Shown here: in pieces, positions 36,581-48,200 of the stretch
Layout of the letters: each line of letters starts with the position of its first letter
Numbering within the stretch: the stretch's first letter is position 1
From: a virus
Direction: 5' to 3' (one strand)
IMG/VR virus record: IMGVR_UViG_3300022204_000004
Coordinates: 12,922-76,921 of that record
DNA: 64,000 nt
Position numbers and translations under genes: made by a program
Notes under the pieces: model-generated
Database searches by the model: none
What the model was told of the DNA's origin: nothing
What the model saw: the letters and a program-made list of their open reading frames with translations, nothing else

Positions 36581-38003
36581 TGGAATAGTATATTTTGAAG
36601 AAATTGTTGAAAACATAAAAGACATTACAGGATATGAAAATATGCGTCCGCTATATTCTAAAATCCGTCGTTTTATTTTCAACGCAGAACAAGAAATTGC
36701 AGCTGGTGGTCTTATCGTAAGAAAGAAAAGAAAATACACCAAAGGCGATGGTTGGTATGATGGCACGAACATTACAATGCCCGAAGACTTTATAGGAGAG
36801 TATTCTTATAGAGACCTTTCGCTTGGCGTTATCAATGGCAATGTCATGACCCTACATTGTGATGGGCCAGACGAAATAGAACTTTACTATTTAGGTTTTT
36901 TATTGGACAACAATGGCAATCCTTTTACTACTAGAAATCATTTGTTGGCTGTTTGTTACTATGCAAGACAGAGAATGTATTCTGCAAGTGTCTTTATGAA
37001 ACAAGGGAATGTAAACGCTTACAGACTCTTTACTCAGGAATGGGAAGATGAATGTTTAGCGGCTAGAGGAAATGACGCTTTCCCTTCAGAAAAAGAATGG
37101 GAAGAAATAGGAAGGACATTGAACGGTGGAATGTTTGAGGCTCTCACTAATTGTGGAATCAGAAGCATTTATAATGGATGTAATGATACTACTGCCGAAG
37201 ATGGAGGTGTAACTCCTCCCGATACAGGTGGTGATTTATTGCCTTGCAACCTTGTAGAGATATTCAATGCATCTTTGATAGATCCTTATGTATATACTCC
37301 GCTTCCTACGACAACACCAAGTGTTCAAGGTGGATCGACTGTTACAGGGGCTTTAACATATCAGGAATTTCAACTGACTTCAGGACAGACAACATTAACA
37401 GGAACACTTACCATTAGTTCTTTATGGCTATGCAACAATAGTGAACTGGAATTGGCTTCGGCAAGTTCTCCAAACTATAATTGGGCTCCGTTCCATGAGT
37501 ATTCCGGAGGTTCATTAAATCAAATAATGAAAGTTTCAGTAAATGGATATATTCAGAAAATAGGTATAATAACAAGAATTTTAGGTAATGCTTCAGCAGA
37601 CATAAAACTTGATATATACAGTACTTTTGATGCTGGTCAACCACCTCAAAGTGGTGTGCTTAAAGCATCTGTTACTGTTCCTTTTGCCAATATAAAAAAT
37701 GAACTTGAAACAATATTTGAGTTTTTTGATGTTCCTGCAACCGGAGAAGTTTATTTGGTATTTACCGCTATAAATCCTCTTAATTGGGATTTCTTCAACA
37801 ATATGGGTATTAAATTTGTCAATGACGACCCTCAAGCTGACGGAAAATATTCGTTCTATTATTTTGATGGAACTTATTACGGAGATCTAAGCGATACAAA
37901 CAATAACGCTTGGGTAGGTAAATTATGTTATTCAAACACAATGCTTGGAACAATAGGTTCTTTATCTGGTGAAGCTAATGGTTCAACAACATTAAACCCT
38001 TAA
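36573..38003 (+). CDS. Ring protein with C-terminal fibre-like extension
   Basis: MPEDF, ELYYLGF..D.NG.P N-terminal domain; STVTGxL repeats and a beta domain at the C-terminus. Confidence 0.55.
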   Translation: MVSGIVYFEEIVENIKDITGYENMRPLYSKIRRFIFNAEQEIAAGGLIVRKKRKYTKGDGWYDGTNITMPEDFIGEYSYRDLSLGVINGNVMTLHCDGPDEIELYYLGFLLDNNGNPFTTRNHLLAVCYYARQRMYSASVFMKQGNVNAYRLFTQEWEDECLAARGNDAFPSEKEWEEIGRTLNGGMFEALTNCGIRSIYNGCNDTTAEDGGVTPPDTGGDLLPCNLVEIFNASLIDPYVYTPLPTTTPSVQGGSTVTGALTYQEFQLTSGQTTLTGTLTISSLWLCNNSELELASASSPNYNWAPFHEYSGGSLNQIMKVSVNGYIQKIGIITRILGNASADIKLDIYSTFDAGQPPQSGVLKASVTVPFANIKNELETIFEFFDVPATGEVYLVFTAINPLNWDFFNNMGIKFVNDDPQADGKYSFYYFDGTYYGDLSDTNNNAWVGKLCYSNTMLGTIGSLSGEANGSTTLNP

Positions 38004-38007
38004 TATT

Positions 38008-38502
38008 ATGGCAAACCCTACCACAAACGAACAGAATATAAAAATATTAAAACAGTGCATTGATGCTTTAGCTGTCGAGATAGGAAATCAGTTTCAGAGA
38101 ATAAATACTGTTTCTTCAGGAAATCCTGAATATGATATTACTCATTTAGAAACGACTATCAAAACAGATTTAGTTGCAGCAATCAATTCTTTAGTAACGA
38201 TAAAAAATCCTCAAAAGATTGTTGTATCAGCTCGAAACTTTGCTGAAGATGATAATTGCTATGATTTAATATTCAGATCACCGACAGATATTACAATGAC
38301 TGTTCCTCAATTTTTAGTAGAACGTTTTGAATGTGGAATGTATAACGAAGGACCTGGGAATGTTTCTTTTGCTGTTGCAAACGGAACGGTAAATTTAGAT
38401 TTACCTGACGGCTCTGTTCTTCCTCCTAAAAAAGTAGCGACACTTTTTAAAATATTAGACGAAAACAATCAAATTATAAAAGGTGAACTCGTTACTCCAT
38501 GA
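38008..38502 (+). CDS. Putative tail fibre/accessory protein
   Basis: LETTIKTDLVAAINSL motif seen in fibre proteins. Confidence 0.55.
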   Translation: MANPTTNEQNIKILKQCIDALAVEIGNQFQRINTVSSGNPEYDITHLETTIKTDLVAAINSLVTIKNPQKIVVSARNFAEDDNCYDLIFRSPTDITMTVPQFLVERFECGMYNEGPGNVSFAVANGTVNLDLPDGSVLPPKKVATLFKILDENNQIIKGELVTP

Positions 38503-40604
38503 GCCAAATCATAAGATACATATGGCGGAAAGGTGAAACAAATCCTCAATCAAAAGGCCAATTACAATCGAACGTAACCATAACTTGTGGTTCTTCGGAA
38601 GTAACAGGAACATTGATTTGGCAAGGTTTCCTTTTTGCAAATATTTGGGGAACCTCAACAGTTACTGGAACCCTGTCTTCATATGTATCGGTTGAAGCCG
38701 AAAGCAATGGTGTTGCAACAGTAACAGGAACTCTTACAGCCGTAGGGGATCTAGAAGCTCTTACAAACGGAACAGCTACCGTTACAGGAACTTTATTGGC
38801 TACGGGATATATGTATGTAGAGGTTTTAGGTTCTTCTTTGGTAACAGGGTTACTGACTTCCAAAAAACTTACCGATGGCTCTACCGATGGCTCGACTACG
38901 GTTACAGGTACGCTTACAAACGGAACTGTCTATATCAATAAAATGATTGGAATAACCATAAATGAAGCAAATCTTGTTGGCTCACAGACAGGAGCTATAA
39001 ATTGGAACAGTGCTTCATCAGGACAATGGTATTTTTCAGATCCACCACCGTTAGCAATACCACAGCCTACATCTTATCAATCATATACATTCAATAGCAC
39101 TTCAGCGGCTTCACCAAAAATAATAGGAGAGCCAGTAACATTGTCACACCTTTCAATACCATTGTTTGGAGATATTGCTTTTGATCCGTCACAAGGGCAC
39201 AAGTTTCATTATCTCATTTCTGCTACGGAATATTCAGCACTACAACTGACAGATATCCTTAACAATATGATAGAGATATTTGGGCTTGTAAATGATGGAA
39301 CGTACTATAAAGGCATATTTAATTGGGATGTTCAACAAAATGGAAGTGACAATTATATTTATATGATTTATGACTTCAGAAGAAACGTTTCTGAGATGGA
39401 TGTAGTAACAGATGGAAGTGCCACAACTCAAGGAACATTGATAGGACATGGAGAACTTAGCGGGGCAATAAATGGTCTGACAACAGTTATACCCGACCTT
39501 ACAGCAATCAATTTCTTATTTGGTGGTGTAGCTGATAAATATCCTACAAAAGCCTTATTTGCGCCTCAACTTGATGCTGGAAATTTTCAAGGTTCTTCTG
39601 TTGCCTATTGGAACACAACGGGAATGGTAAGGTTTGAAAGACATTATAAAAATGGACCATGGAAATACTCACATGAACTTGGAATAATGGTAAGGCTTCC
39701 AAAAGCCATGTTTTATGTTGATTCATTTTTTGCAGACACAAGAATTACCTACGTACTTGATATAGATGGAAGATGTACACTTATAAATCAGGGAGTGCTT
39801 CGTCAAGCTTCAAACCTTGAACGTATGCATTTTCCGGGAGCAACACATATTTCAAGTCCAAGTGGTTATTTTACATTCTTAAGTCTTACAAAATTAAAGG
39901 GTCATATTATCTTTCCAAAGCTTACGGGAGAGCTTTATAATATGAACCACATATTTAATAATGCAGTTCTCGTCGAAACACTTGAAATGCCATTATTGAC
40001 AAGGATAGCATTACAGTTGGCTTCGCGTTCCAATTTCCAAAATATGAATGGACTAAAACGTGTCTATATGCCTTTATGTGTTACGTTTGTTTATGCAACA
40101 GGAGGGGTTCCTTCAATATTTGGAAATATACCAGCGGGAACAATCATGTATTTGCACCCAAGCCTTGAAACTTCAGATGGAGGATTAAGACATGCTTCAG
40201 TAGTGTATTGGGAAGATACAAGAGGGGCTGTAATAAGATATGTAAACGAATTTACCGCTCCAAATACAGTCAATGACCTTTCGGCAAGTTCTGTAACTGA
40301 AACAAGCTTTAATCTTGACTTTACTGTTCCAAGTGTTACTGTAAACGCAATCGAATATTATGAAGTTTGGATCTATGATGATATAAACAGATGGAGATAT
40401 TTTACATCACACCAAGAAATTGTAACAACAGGCGGAACAATATTAGGTCTTGAATCAGGAACAACTTATCGAGTTGAAATAAAAACAGTAGATATTCTAT
40501 TCAATAAGTCATCTTTTAGCAATCAGATAACAGTTAGAACACCTGGAATTAGAGGTGAAATAGTCCAAAGGACGTCTGTTGTAGGAGTGTTACAGAGCGT
40601 CTAA
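38499..40604 (+). CDS. Fibre/adhesin with repeat shaft, LRR-like region and C-terminal fibronectin III domain
   Basis: GxATVTGTL repeats; LxxLxxPxx repeats; APNTVNDLSA...GLESGTTYRVEIKTVD...SSFSN. Confidence 0.7.
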   Translation: MSQIIRYIWRKGETNPQSKGQLQSNVTITCGSSEVTGTLIWQGFLFANIWGTSTVTGTLSSYVSVEAESNGVATVTGTLTAVGDLEALTNGTATVTGTLLATGYMYVEVLGSSLVTGLLTSKKLTDGSTDGSTTVTGTLTNGTVYINKMIGITINEANLVGSQTGAINWNSASSGQWYFSDPPPLAIPQPTSYQSYTFNSTSAASPKIIGEPVTLSHLSIPLFGDIAFDPSQGHKFHYLISATEYSALQLTDILNNMIEIFGLVNDGTYYKGIFNWDVQQNGSDNYIYMIYDFRRNVSEMDVVTDGSATTQGTLIGHGELSGAINGLTTVIPDLTAINFLFGGVADKYPTKALFAPQLDAGNFQGSSVAYWNTTGMVRFERHYKNGPWKYSHELGIMVRLPKAMFYVDSFFADTRITYVLDIDGRCTLINQGVLRQASNLERMHFPGATHISSPSGYFTFLSLTKLKGHIIFPKLTGELYNMNHIFNNAVLVETLEMPLLTRIALQLASRSNFQNMNGLKRVYMPLCVTFVYATGGVPSIFGNIPAGTIMYLHPSLETSDGGLRHASVVYWEDTRGAVIRYVNEFTAPNTVNDLSASSVTETSFNLDFTVPSVTVNAIEYYEVWIYDDINRWRYFTSHQEIVTTGGTILGLESGTTYRVEIKTVDILFNKSSFSNQITVRTPGIRGEIVQRTSVVGVLQSV

Positions 40605-40624
40605 AAGAATAAAAAATAAATTAT

Positions 40625-40632
40625 TAACTTTG
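40625..40632 (+). promoter_or_regulatory. -7 promoter box
   Basis: TAACTTTG upstream of 40674. Confidence 0.55.
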
Positions 40633-40673
40633 AATAATATAAAATTTTATATAACCCTTAAATATTTTAAATC

Positions 40674-41126
40674 ATGAGTAAGAGTAATTCTTTTGAAACA
40701 GATTTGTTAGAATTGATTTTTAACAATGTAGCAATCACAAATGTAGGAGACGCGGGAGGTATATTGCCTTCAGTAGCTCCGGGCGATCTTTACATTCGTC
40801 TTTATACCGATGCAGTAGTTGTTGACGATGCAACCATTGGAACTGAAGCGGCCTATACAGGTTATTCTGCGGGTGGAATCGCTGTTGCACGTAGTGGTGC
40901 AGGTTGGACTATCGCGGGTAACAACGCATCAAATGCTGCTGCAATCACTTTCGGTGCTTGTTCAGCTGGTTCTGAAAACATTCGTTATTTTGCTATTTGG
41001 AAAGATGGTGCCACGGGAACAGATTCTCACAGACTTTATTGGGGTCAGTTGACTTCTGATTTGGCTGTTAGCTCTGGTATCACTCCTGAATTTGCCATCG
41101 GAGCATTGGACGTTAACGAAGACTAA
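40674..41126 (+). CDS. Small virion fibre/decoration-type protein
   Basis: MSKSNSFETDLL..., ITFG, FAIW, PEFAIGAL motifs; own promoter box and downstream hairpin. Confidence 0.65.
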   Translation: MSKSNSFETDLLELIFNNVAITNVGDAGGILPSVAPGDLYIRLYTDAVVVDDATIGTEAAYTGYSAGGIAVARSGAGWTIAGNNASNAAAITFGACSAGSENIRYFAIWKDGATGTDSHRLYWGQLTSDLAVSSGITPEFAIGALDVNED

Positions 41127-41150
41127 TTCCAACGTCATTTAAGACAATTT

Positions 41151-41172
41151 GACCTCAACGCAAGTTGGGGTT
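41151..41172 (+). terminator. Terminator-like hairpin
   Basis: GACCTCAAC-GCAA-GTTGGGGTT. Confidence 0.6.
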
Positions 41173-41202
41173 TAGTTGTTTTTATTAATCATATCTTAAA
41201 GC

Positions 41203-41760
41203 ATGAAATTGTTACAAAAAGAAGAATACAATATCAGTTATTTTGACGGAAAGCTTTCAAGAATAAAGCATAATGCTGGATATGATTTTTATAATAAATC
41301 AGAAGTCTTCAACAAAAGAGCAAAATATCTTTTTGAAAAATACAACCTTAAAGACAAAAAAGTATTGGATATTGGTTGTGCCAAAGGGTATTTGGTTGAA
41401 GAATTAAGAAATATGAAAGTCGATGCGTATGGTGTTGATTTTTCAGAATATGCTCTATTAGAAGCCCCAAGCTCTATCTCAAAATATTTGTTCAATGGCG
41501 ATCTTAAAGATTGCTTAAAAACATTCAATAAAAACCACTTTGATTTAATATGTTCAAGATTCGTTCTTTCATGCTTTGATGACAAACAAATTGAAGATTT
41601 GGTTAAAGATTGCAACAGTGTGAGTGTGTTTCAAAATCATTTGATATCACACGAGCCAAACATTAAATTTTATAATTCAAAGACATTGGAAGAATGGGAA
41701 ATCTTTGATTGGAAAAAAGGAACAGAGTTAAGTACAATATATAAAACCATAGTAAAATAA
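41203..41760 (+). CDS. Class I SAM-dependent methyltransferase
   Basis: VLDIGCAKG, AYGVDFSEYA, FDLIC. Confidence 0.85.
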   Translation: MKLLQKEEYNISYFDGKLSRIKHNAGYDFYNKSEVFNKRAKYLFEKYNLKDKKVLDIGCAKGYLVEELRNMKVDAYGVDFSEYALLEAPSSISKYLFNGDLKDCLKTFNKNHFDLICSRFVLSCFDDKQIEDLVKDCNSVSVFQNHLISHEPNIKFYNSKTLEEWEIFDWKKGTELSTIYKTIVK

Positions 41761-44700
41761 TGGCTACCACTATTCTTACACTTGCAAATGCAATAGGCAG
41801 AGACACGGGTTCGTGCCTTGTAAGAGATAATGCTGGTATCCCATATTTTATAGGTGCAAATGGCGTTCTTTATGAGGGAAATGCTGTTGTTCCTACAGGT
41901 TGGACTTCAAGGGGAACTTTTGGAAACGGTGTCATTCCTCCGGCAATGTGTATGGTTACAGCCACTACCATTGGAATGATTGGAAGTGAAACGCAGGGAA
42001 TGGGTACCAATCTCGTTTATGCGATATTTAATTGTGCCACTAATACTATTGGTTCTTCTACAACTATTGTTGCCATTGACGGACTTTCAGCTGCAAACAG
42101 TTGGGATATTGCCAGAGATGGAAATGGGGACGTCCATGTTGTTTTTAGAGACAATGCGGCCAATATGGGAACGGATTATTTTACCGTTTATTATACAAAC
42201 AATATTGGAGGAACATTCAAAACCCCTGTAGAAATATATGGTGTAGCGCAACAGGTATTCTGTCACGATGTTTCTATTTTTATAAACACAGGCAACATTC
42301 CAGAGATAAGGTTCGACACCAACGGGTCTCCGACTTATGAAGAGAAAATAGGTGTTGGAAACTTAACTAACGCAACGAGTTTTACAATTCATGATGGAAG
42401 TGGAGATATTTCAAACTCGTCTGGTCGGCATATTATTTCTACATCACTTGGTGATACTATTACGATAGGGGATGTAACAAATGGAAGAGATGTTGGTTTT
42501 TATAAACATAGAGCCGGAGACGCATGGTCTTCTTGGGAAGCGACCATCGATAATACATATACAAATTATGGTAATGGTTGGGCAGGTGTTCCTTATGGAG
42601 ATGGCACTGTTTTTTATATAGGAGATAGAGATCTATCAACGGATATGGTCATTACTCAAATAGACCATTCAACTACACCGGGCGTAAATGCCTCTTTTTC
42701 TGCTCCAGTACAAATTCAAGCTGAAAACGCTTCTCGTATAATAACAAAAAGAGCAAGATATCTCAATTACGGAAGTGATGGGGTTGATCATGGTGTTGCA
42801 GATACTCAGACTGAAATTGATTATGTTTATTTAGTTGGCAGTAGTTTAAAATTTGACAGTTTTACCATAAACAAAAGACCTACTATTGTTCCAAATACAG
42901 CAGAAGCTAATAATTTTGGAGCTGATTCAACTCCTACTTTAGAATTTACGGGTACCGATGACGATGGTGATGATTTAGAATATGAAATTCATATTACAGA
43001 TACCTTATCAACTATTTGTGATGAACATCCTGTAAGTGAAGCTAACGATTTTCTTACCCTTACAGATGGCGGAATAGTGTTTGTAGGACAGTCTTTTACG
43101 GGAAACGGAGAAAAAATTAAACAAGCAAAGCTTTATTTAAGAAAACAAGCAGGATTAACATCCACTGTTGGTTGTCAAATTTATGCTCATAGTGGAACAT
43201 TTGGAACAAGCAGTATTGCTTCGGGAAATGAAATAGCACACGCAAGTGTTCCCGCATCGGCATTAACTACATCGTTTACCGAAATAACTTTTGATTTTGT
43301 TGGAGACGAAAGCATAACGTTGGTGAACGGAACAAAGTACTGCGTATTGATTGCTTCATGGACTTTGGGAGGAAATATAGATGTACAGTCTGATACAGGT
43401 CAAACATCGCCTCACAATGGTAATGCTTCAACATATCCTACGCCAACAGCTTTACCTAATGAAGATTTAATTTTTCAAATTCTTACAGAAGGAGCGGCTA
43501 TTATCAATAAATTTTCTGAGACGCCAGATGCAGGATTTTTAAATACAGTAAATGGTGGAGACACACATCCGTTTACTGAAGCTGAAAAAATAAGCTATAC
43601 CGTTCAAGTAGGAGACGCTTTAGATGCTGGAACCTATTATTGGAAAGCAAGGGCCAATGATCCCTTGGGAACAGATTTATGGTCTGACTGGACAACTCAA
43701 AGAAGTTTTATTATTGAAGATCCTGCTGGCAGTATTTTTGGTACTACCGATCCTATTTTAAGGCAACAACTTGATGAAACTGGTTTGGCGTCAAATAGTG
43801 GAACAATATCAAAAGTAGGTCAGCTTATAACAGGCTATAATGCTCAAGTTAATAATTTCTCATTAAAGTTAAAAGAACTTGTAACGGATATACCTTCTTT
43901 TCTAATTAAAGCTGAAATATGGTCTATAAGCGGAGGTGTTCCAAATACTCTTTTAGAAACAAGTATCAATTCATTAGATACAGCAGACCTTACCGCAAGT
44001 TTTGTATGGTATGACTTTTATTTTAGTGGTACAAAGTACAATCAAGATATTTGGATTGGTATAGATGTTCAAGCTTTTGGTTCAGGACAGATGCAACACA
44101 GACGTTCTACAGCAAGTGTTGTTGCTGGAGAAACTGAGACATTATATTTTTCAAGTAATTGGTTCAATCAATCGACAGATCTTACCTATAAGATTAATTC
44201 GATTAATGGTCTTAAATCATTAGGAACAATAATTGGAATAGGAGAACTTGCCGGAGCAAGTAATGGTGTCGCAACTGAAGAAGCTATTTTAAATAAAGTT
44301 TTTATTTCAGGAACTATAAACGGTTCTACCACAACTTCAGTTTATGTTATAAAAACAGTAAATATATCTGGCACAAGTTTCGGAGGGCAGGATATTGTTT
44401 TAAATACAGAAGACCAGCTAACAGGAAACAGAGCCATTGTTAGTGCTGTACCTTCATTAAAAACCCAAGCTGCTTCTGCCACTATTATATTTGGTTTTAC
44501 TGGAAGAATACACAGTTTTGCCCTTTCACTTATACAAGTCGGAGACCCTATTAATCCTTCAAATTTAGCTTGGTCTGCCACTATACGTTCAGTTATAGGT
44601 GGTCTTGCAACAAATGATGTTGATATAGGTTCTATTTTAGAGACTTCACCAACAACCCATGTTGCTAATGACCATCCAGCTACAGGGCCAAATTTTGAAA

Positions 44701-45227
44701 CGTTTTTGTTTAATGGAAATTATTATAGTGGTAATATAGCTATTGTAGTTGAAATTGATGGTTATACAAGTGGAGGAAACGCACAAGTACAAGGAGAGAC
44801 TCGAATAACAGATCCCGATATTGATAATGTTAGAGTGCTTGTACAAACAAATGATGCAGCATGGAACGATTTCTATCTTGACGACCCTAGAGGAACTGCG
44901 GTTTATAGATTAAATTATCAACTTACAGCAGGAAATGGCAGTGTAAATGGTTTTTTAAGCTACACAGTTGATTTGGCTGGAATTTCAAATGGTGTTGCAA
45001 CTGTTCAAGGACTATTAACAAAAAAAGTTTCAATAAAAGGAGTAAGTAATCCTACTTTATATAGAGAGCAACTTACTAAAGACTTTAATAGTTCTTTAGG
45101 TCAATTAGACGAATATGGACAAAAATTTATAGATTTTCAAGGCGCAATTCATGACTTTACTACAATCTTCAATAGAAGTTCTGGTGCTGTAGATTATTCT
45201 ATAGAAGCTCGTATTTATTCTTGTTAA
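41760..45227 (+). CDS. Giant fibre/adhesin, N-terminal part
   Basis: Propeller-like N-terminus, Ig/FN3-like YYWKARA, repeated GQxF beta domains; ends at an internal TAA. Confidence 0.75.
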   Translation: MATTILTLANAIGRDTGSCLVRDNAGIPYFIGANGVLYEGNAVVPTGWTSRGTFGNGVIPPAMCMVTATTIGMIGSETQGMGTNLVYAIFNCATNTIGSSTTIVAIDGLSAANSWDIARDGNGDVHVVFRDNAANMGTDYFTVYYTNNIGGTFKTPVEIYGVAQQVFCHDVSIFINTGNIPEIRFDTNGSPTYEEKIGVGNLTNATSFTIHDGSGDISNSSGRHIISTSLGDTITIGDVTNGRDVGFYKHRAGDAWSSWEATIDNTYTNYGNGWAGVPYGDGTVFYIGDRDLSTDMVITQIDHSTTPGVNASFSAPVQIQAENASRIITKRARYLNYGSDGVDHGVADTQTEIDYVYLVGSSLKFDSFTINKRPTIVPNTAEANNFGADSTPTLEFTGTDDDGDDLEYEIHITDTLSTICDEHPVSEANDFLTLTDGGIVFVGQSFTGNGEKIKQAKLYLRKQAGLTSTVGCQIYAHSGTFGTSSIASGNEIAHASVPASALTTSFTEITFDFVGDESITLVNGTKYCVLIASWTLGGNIDVQSDTGQTSPHNGNASTYPTPTALPNEDLIFQILTEGAAIINKFSETPDAGFLNTVNGGDTHPFTEAEKISYTVQVGDALDAGTYYWKARANDPLGTDLWSDWTTQRSFIIEDPAGSIFGTTDPILRQQLDETGLASNSGTISKVGQLITGYNAQVNNFSLKLKELVTDIPSFLIKAEIWSISGGVPNTLLETSINSLDTADLTASFVWYDFYFSGTKYNQDIWIGIDVQAFGSGQMQHRRSTASVVAGETETLYFSSNWFNQSTDLTYKINSINGLKSLGTIIGIGELAGASNGVATEEAILNKVFISGTINGSTTTSVYVIKTVNISGTSFGGQDIVLNTEDQLTGNRAIVSAVPSLKTQAASATIIFGFTGRIHSFALSLIQVGDPINPSNLAWSATIRSVIGGLATNDVDIGSILETSPTTHVANDHPATGPNFETFLFNGNYYSGNIAIVVEIDGYTSGGNAQVQGETRITDPDIDNVRVLVQTNDAAWNDFYLDDPRGTAVYRLNYQLTAGNGSVNGFLSYTVDLAGISNGVATVQGLLTKKVSIKGVSNPTLYREQLTKDFNSSLGQLDEYGQKFIDFQGAIHDFTTIFNRSSGAVDYSIEARIYSC

Positions 45228-48200
45228 GCACTTATTCCAGATGCTCTCTTAGAAACTTCTACTAATTCTATTACAGCCTCTTCATTAACACCAACAAATC
45301 AGGATATTGAAGTAAAATTTCTTTTTACAGGAAAATCATATGCTGGAAATATAGCAATAGTTATAGCGGTTACAAATTGGATTTCTGGAACTACTGCTTC
45401 TTTCAAATTTACTACTCCAAGTACCGTTTCAAATGAAAACATAGTTGGTAATGAAACCGGAAGCGGCTGGAATGATCTTCCTACTCAAGACTTTTATTAT
45501 AAACTTAATTCAGATTATAAAGTTAGTGGAACTGTAACAGGTACTCTTTCGGCAAAAATAGGAATAGCAGCAGTATCAAATACAACTTTTTCAGCATATA
45601 AAGAATCTATAACCGGCGGTTCTAATAGATTTTTGGGGGTTTGGGATACTAAATATGCAGGACAATTAATGATTGGTTTTGAATCAAGAGTTTCATCTTT
45701 AGTTGTTCAGTTAAGAAAAACCGGAAGTCCTGTTTCAGATATAAGAGCTAAAATATTTAAAAGAGAAAAGGATAGTTTAATATTTACTGATTATACTTTA
45801 AAAGAAACTTCAACCAATACAATATCTGCTTCTTCATTAACTGCAAGTTATGCAAGTTATACATTCAATTTTAGTGGTAATGCTTATGTAAATGGAGATA
45901 TTTTAATTGCTTTAGAGTCTTTCAATGAAACCGTAGGAGATATTTCTAATTATGTTGTTTTAAAAACAGACAACGCAAATCCTATAGCTAATGAAAATTA
46001 TATAGCGACAATAAGTGGTGTTACAACTCTTTTCACTAATTATCCAAACGATGATTTTTGGTATCAATTAACTTATACTGTTGAAACCAATGGAACACTT
46101 AGAGCTTTAGGATCTTTATTAGGCACTATCAATGGTGTCACAACAAAAAATGCTGTTTTAACTGCTGTTGATTTAGGAGGTATATTAGGAACCATAAACA
46201 ACAATGCCACCACTTTAGGTGTATTGACGGCTAAAGGCTCTCTTACTGGGGCAATCAATGGCACAGTCACAGTAACGGTAAGTTCCATTACTTTAAAAGT
46301 GGATGCCAATATTAATGGTGTTGCTACGGTTACAGGTCTATTGCATGCAGATGCCAAAGCTTTTGGAACATCAAACGGAGTTGCCACAACAACTTCTATA
46401 TTGACCGGTTTAGGAGATTTGTCAGCATCAATAAACACTTCAACCACAACTGTAAGTGTTTTAACTGGAAAAGCATCTCTGATAGGAATAATAAATACTA
46501 CAACGACGACATTGAGCGATTTGACCAATGGCGTTACGATTCAACCAATAGCCGTAATCGTAAATGGTGTGGCTACGGTAAGTGGTATTTTGACTGCAAA
46601 TGGAACGCTTCAAGGTATAATCAATGCAGTCGCAACTGTTGATGGCACAGCTTCAGCAAGAGCCGATTTGTTGGGTGTAATCAATATCACAATTACCGTA
46701 ACAGGAACGTTGTCAGCTAACGGTGAACTAGCTGGAGCTTCAAACGGTATTGCTTCCACTTCAGGACTGCTGAACAGTAATCTACAAGGTTCGGTAATAG
46801 TAAATACCACAACACTCACAACAGGTACACTTACAGGTCAAGGGGCTCTTTTAGGGGCTTCAAATGGTATTGCAACCACAGATAGTTCTTTATCTTCGAC
46901 ACAGCTTATTGCCGGTATTATAAATGGTGTAGCCACAGTATCGGGCACACTTAGTGCAAATGGTGTATTGGCTGGCAACTCAAATGCTTCAGCAACTACA
47001 AGTGGAGTATTGACATCTAATGGTTTATTATCAGGAGAGTCCAACGGTGTCGGTTCTACCACGAGTGTATTAACAGCTATTGGAACATTATCGGGTTCTT
47101 CTAATGGATTAGCTTCTCTTTCAGGATTATTAAATAGTAATTTACAAGGTTCCGTAATTGTAAATACAGACTCTTTAGTTACAGGTACTCTTACCGGAAG
47201 TGGTGCGTTACTTGGAACAAGCAATGGCTTGGCTACTACACAAGGAAATTTAGTTGGTGAAACATCTATAAGTGGAACAATAAACGGAAGTGTTGTAACG
47301 AGCGGAACATTGACAGCCAAAGGAAGTCTTGTTGGCATAATCACAACAAGTACAACTGTACAAGGTCTTCTTATTAGTAATTTTATGTTTGGAACTTCCG
47401 ATGGAGTGGCAACAGTCCAAGGAACGCTTACAGCTAATGGAAGCCTTTTAGGTGTTTCAAATGGAACATCGATACTTTCAGGTCTATTGAACAGTAATCT
47501 TCAAGGCTCTGTTATTGTAGACACATCCACGCTTACTACGGGAACATTGACCGGAAGTGGAGCTTTAGTAGGAACGTCTAATGGTTCTGCTACTACGCAA
47601 GGAATATTAAGCGGACAGACATCTATTGTTGGAATTATAAATGGTGTAGCTTCCACAAGTGGAACATTAACAGCATTAGGTAATTTATCAGGTTCTTCTA
47701 ACGGTGTAGCCACGGTACAAGGAAATATAATAACCGATGCGCTTAACGGAACTTCAAATGGAGTTGCAACCGTTCAGGGCATATTGACAGCTAACGGTTC
47801 TTTAGTTGGTCAATCTAATGGTTCTACTACTGTTCAAGGTGCTCTTGTTTCAGATGCAATGCTTGGAACAAGTGACGGAATAGCTACAACACAAGGTACA
47901 TTAACCGCAAACGGTTCATTAATAGGAGTTGTAAACACTACAACAACAACACAAGGTACATTAAACGCTAAAGGTTCTCTAGAAGGAACTTCCAACGGTT
48001 CTGCGACAGTACAAGGTGCTTTGATCAGTGACGCAATGATTGGAGTTTCCAATGGTATTGCAACTACAAGCGGAACATTGACGGGCAACGGTTCGTTATC
48101 GGGAATTGTTCTTGGACAGGCCACAACAGATGGTAGCCTGATTAGTGATGCTATGGCTGGTGTCACTAACGGTACAGCCACGACACAGGGAACATTGACC

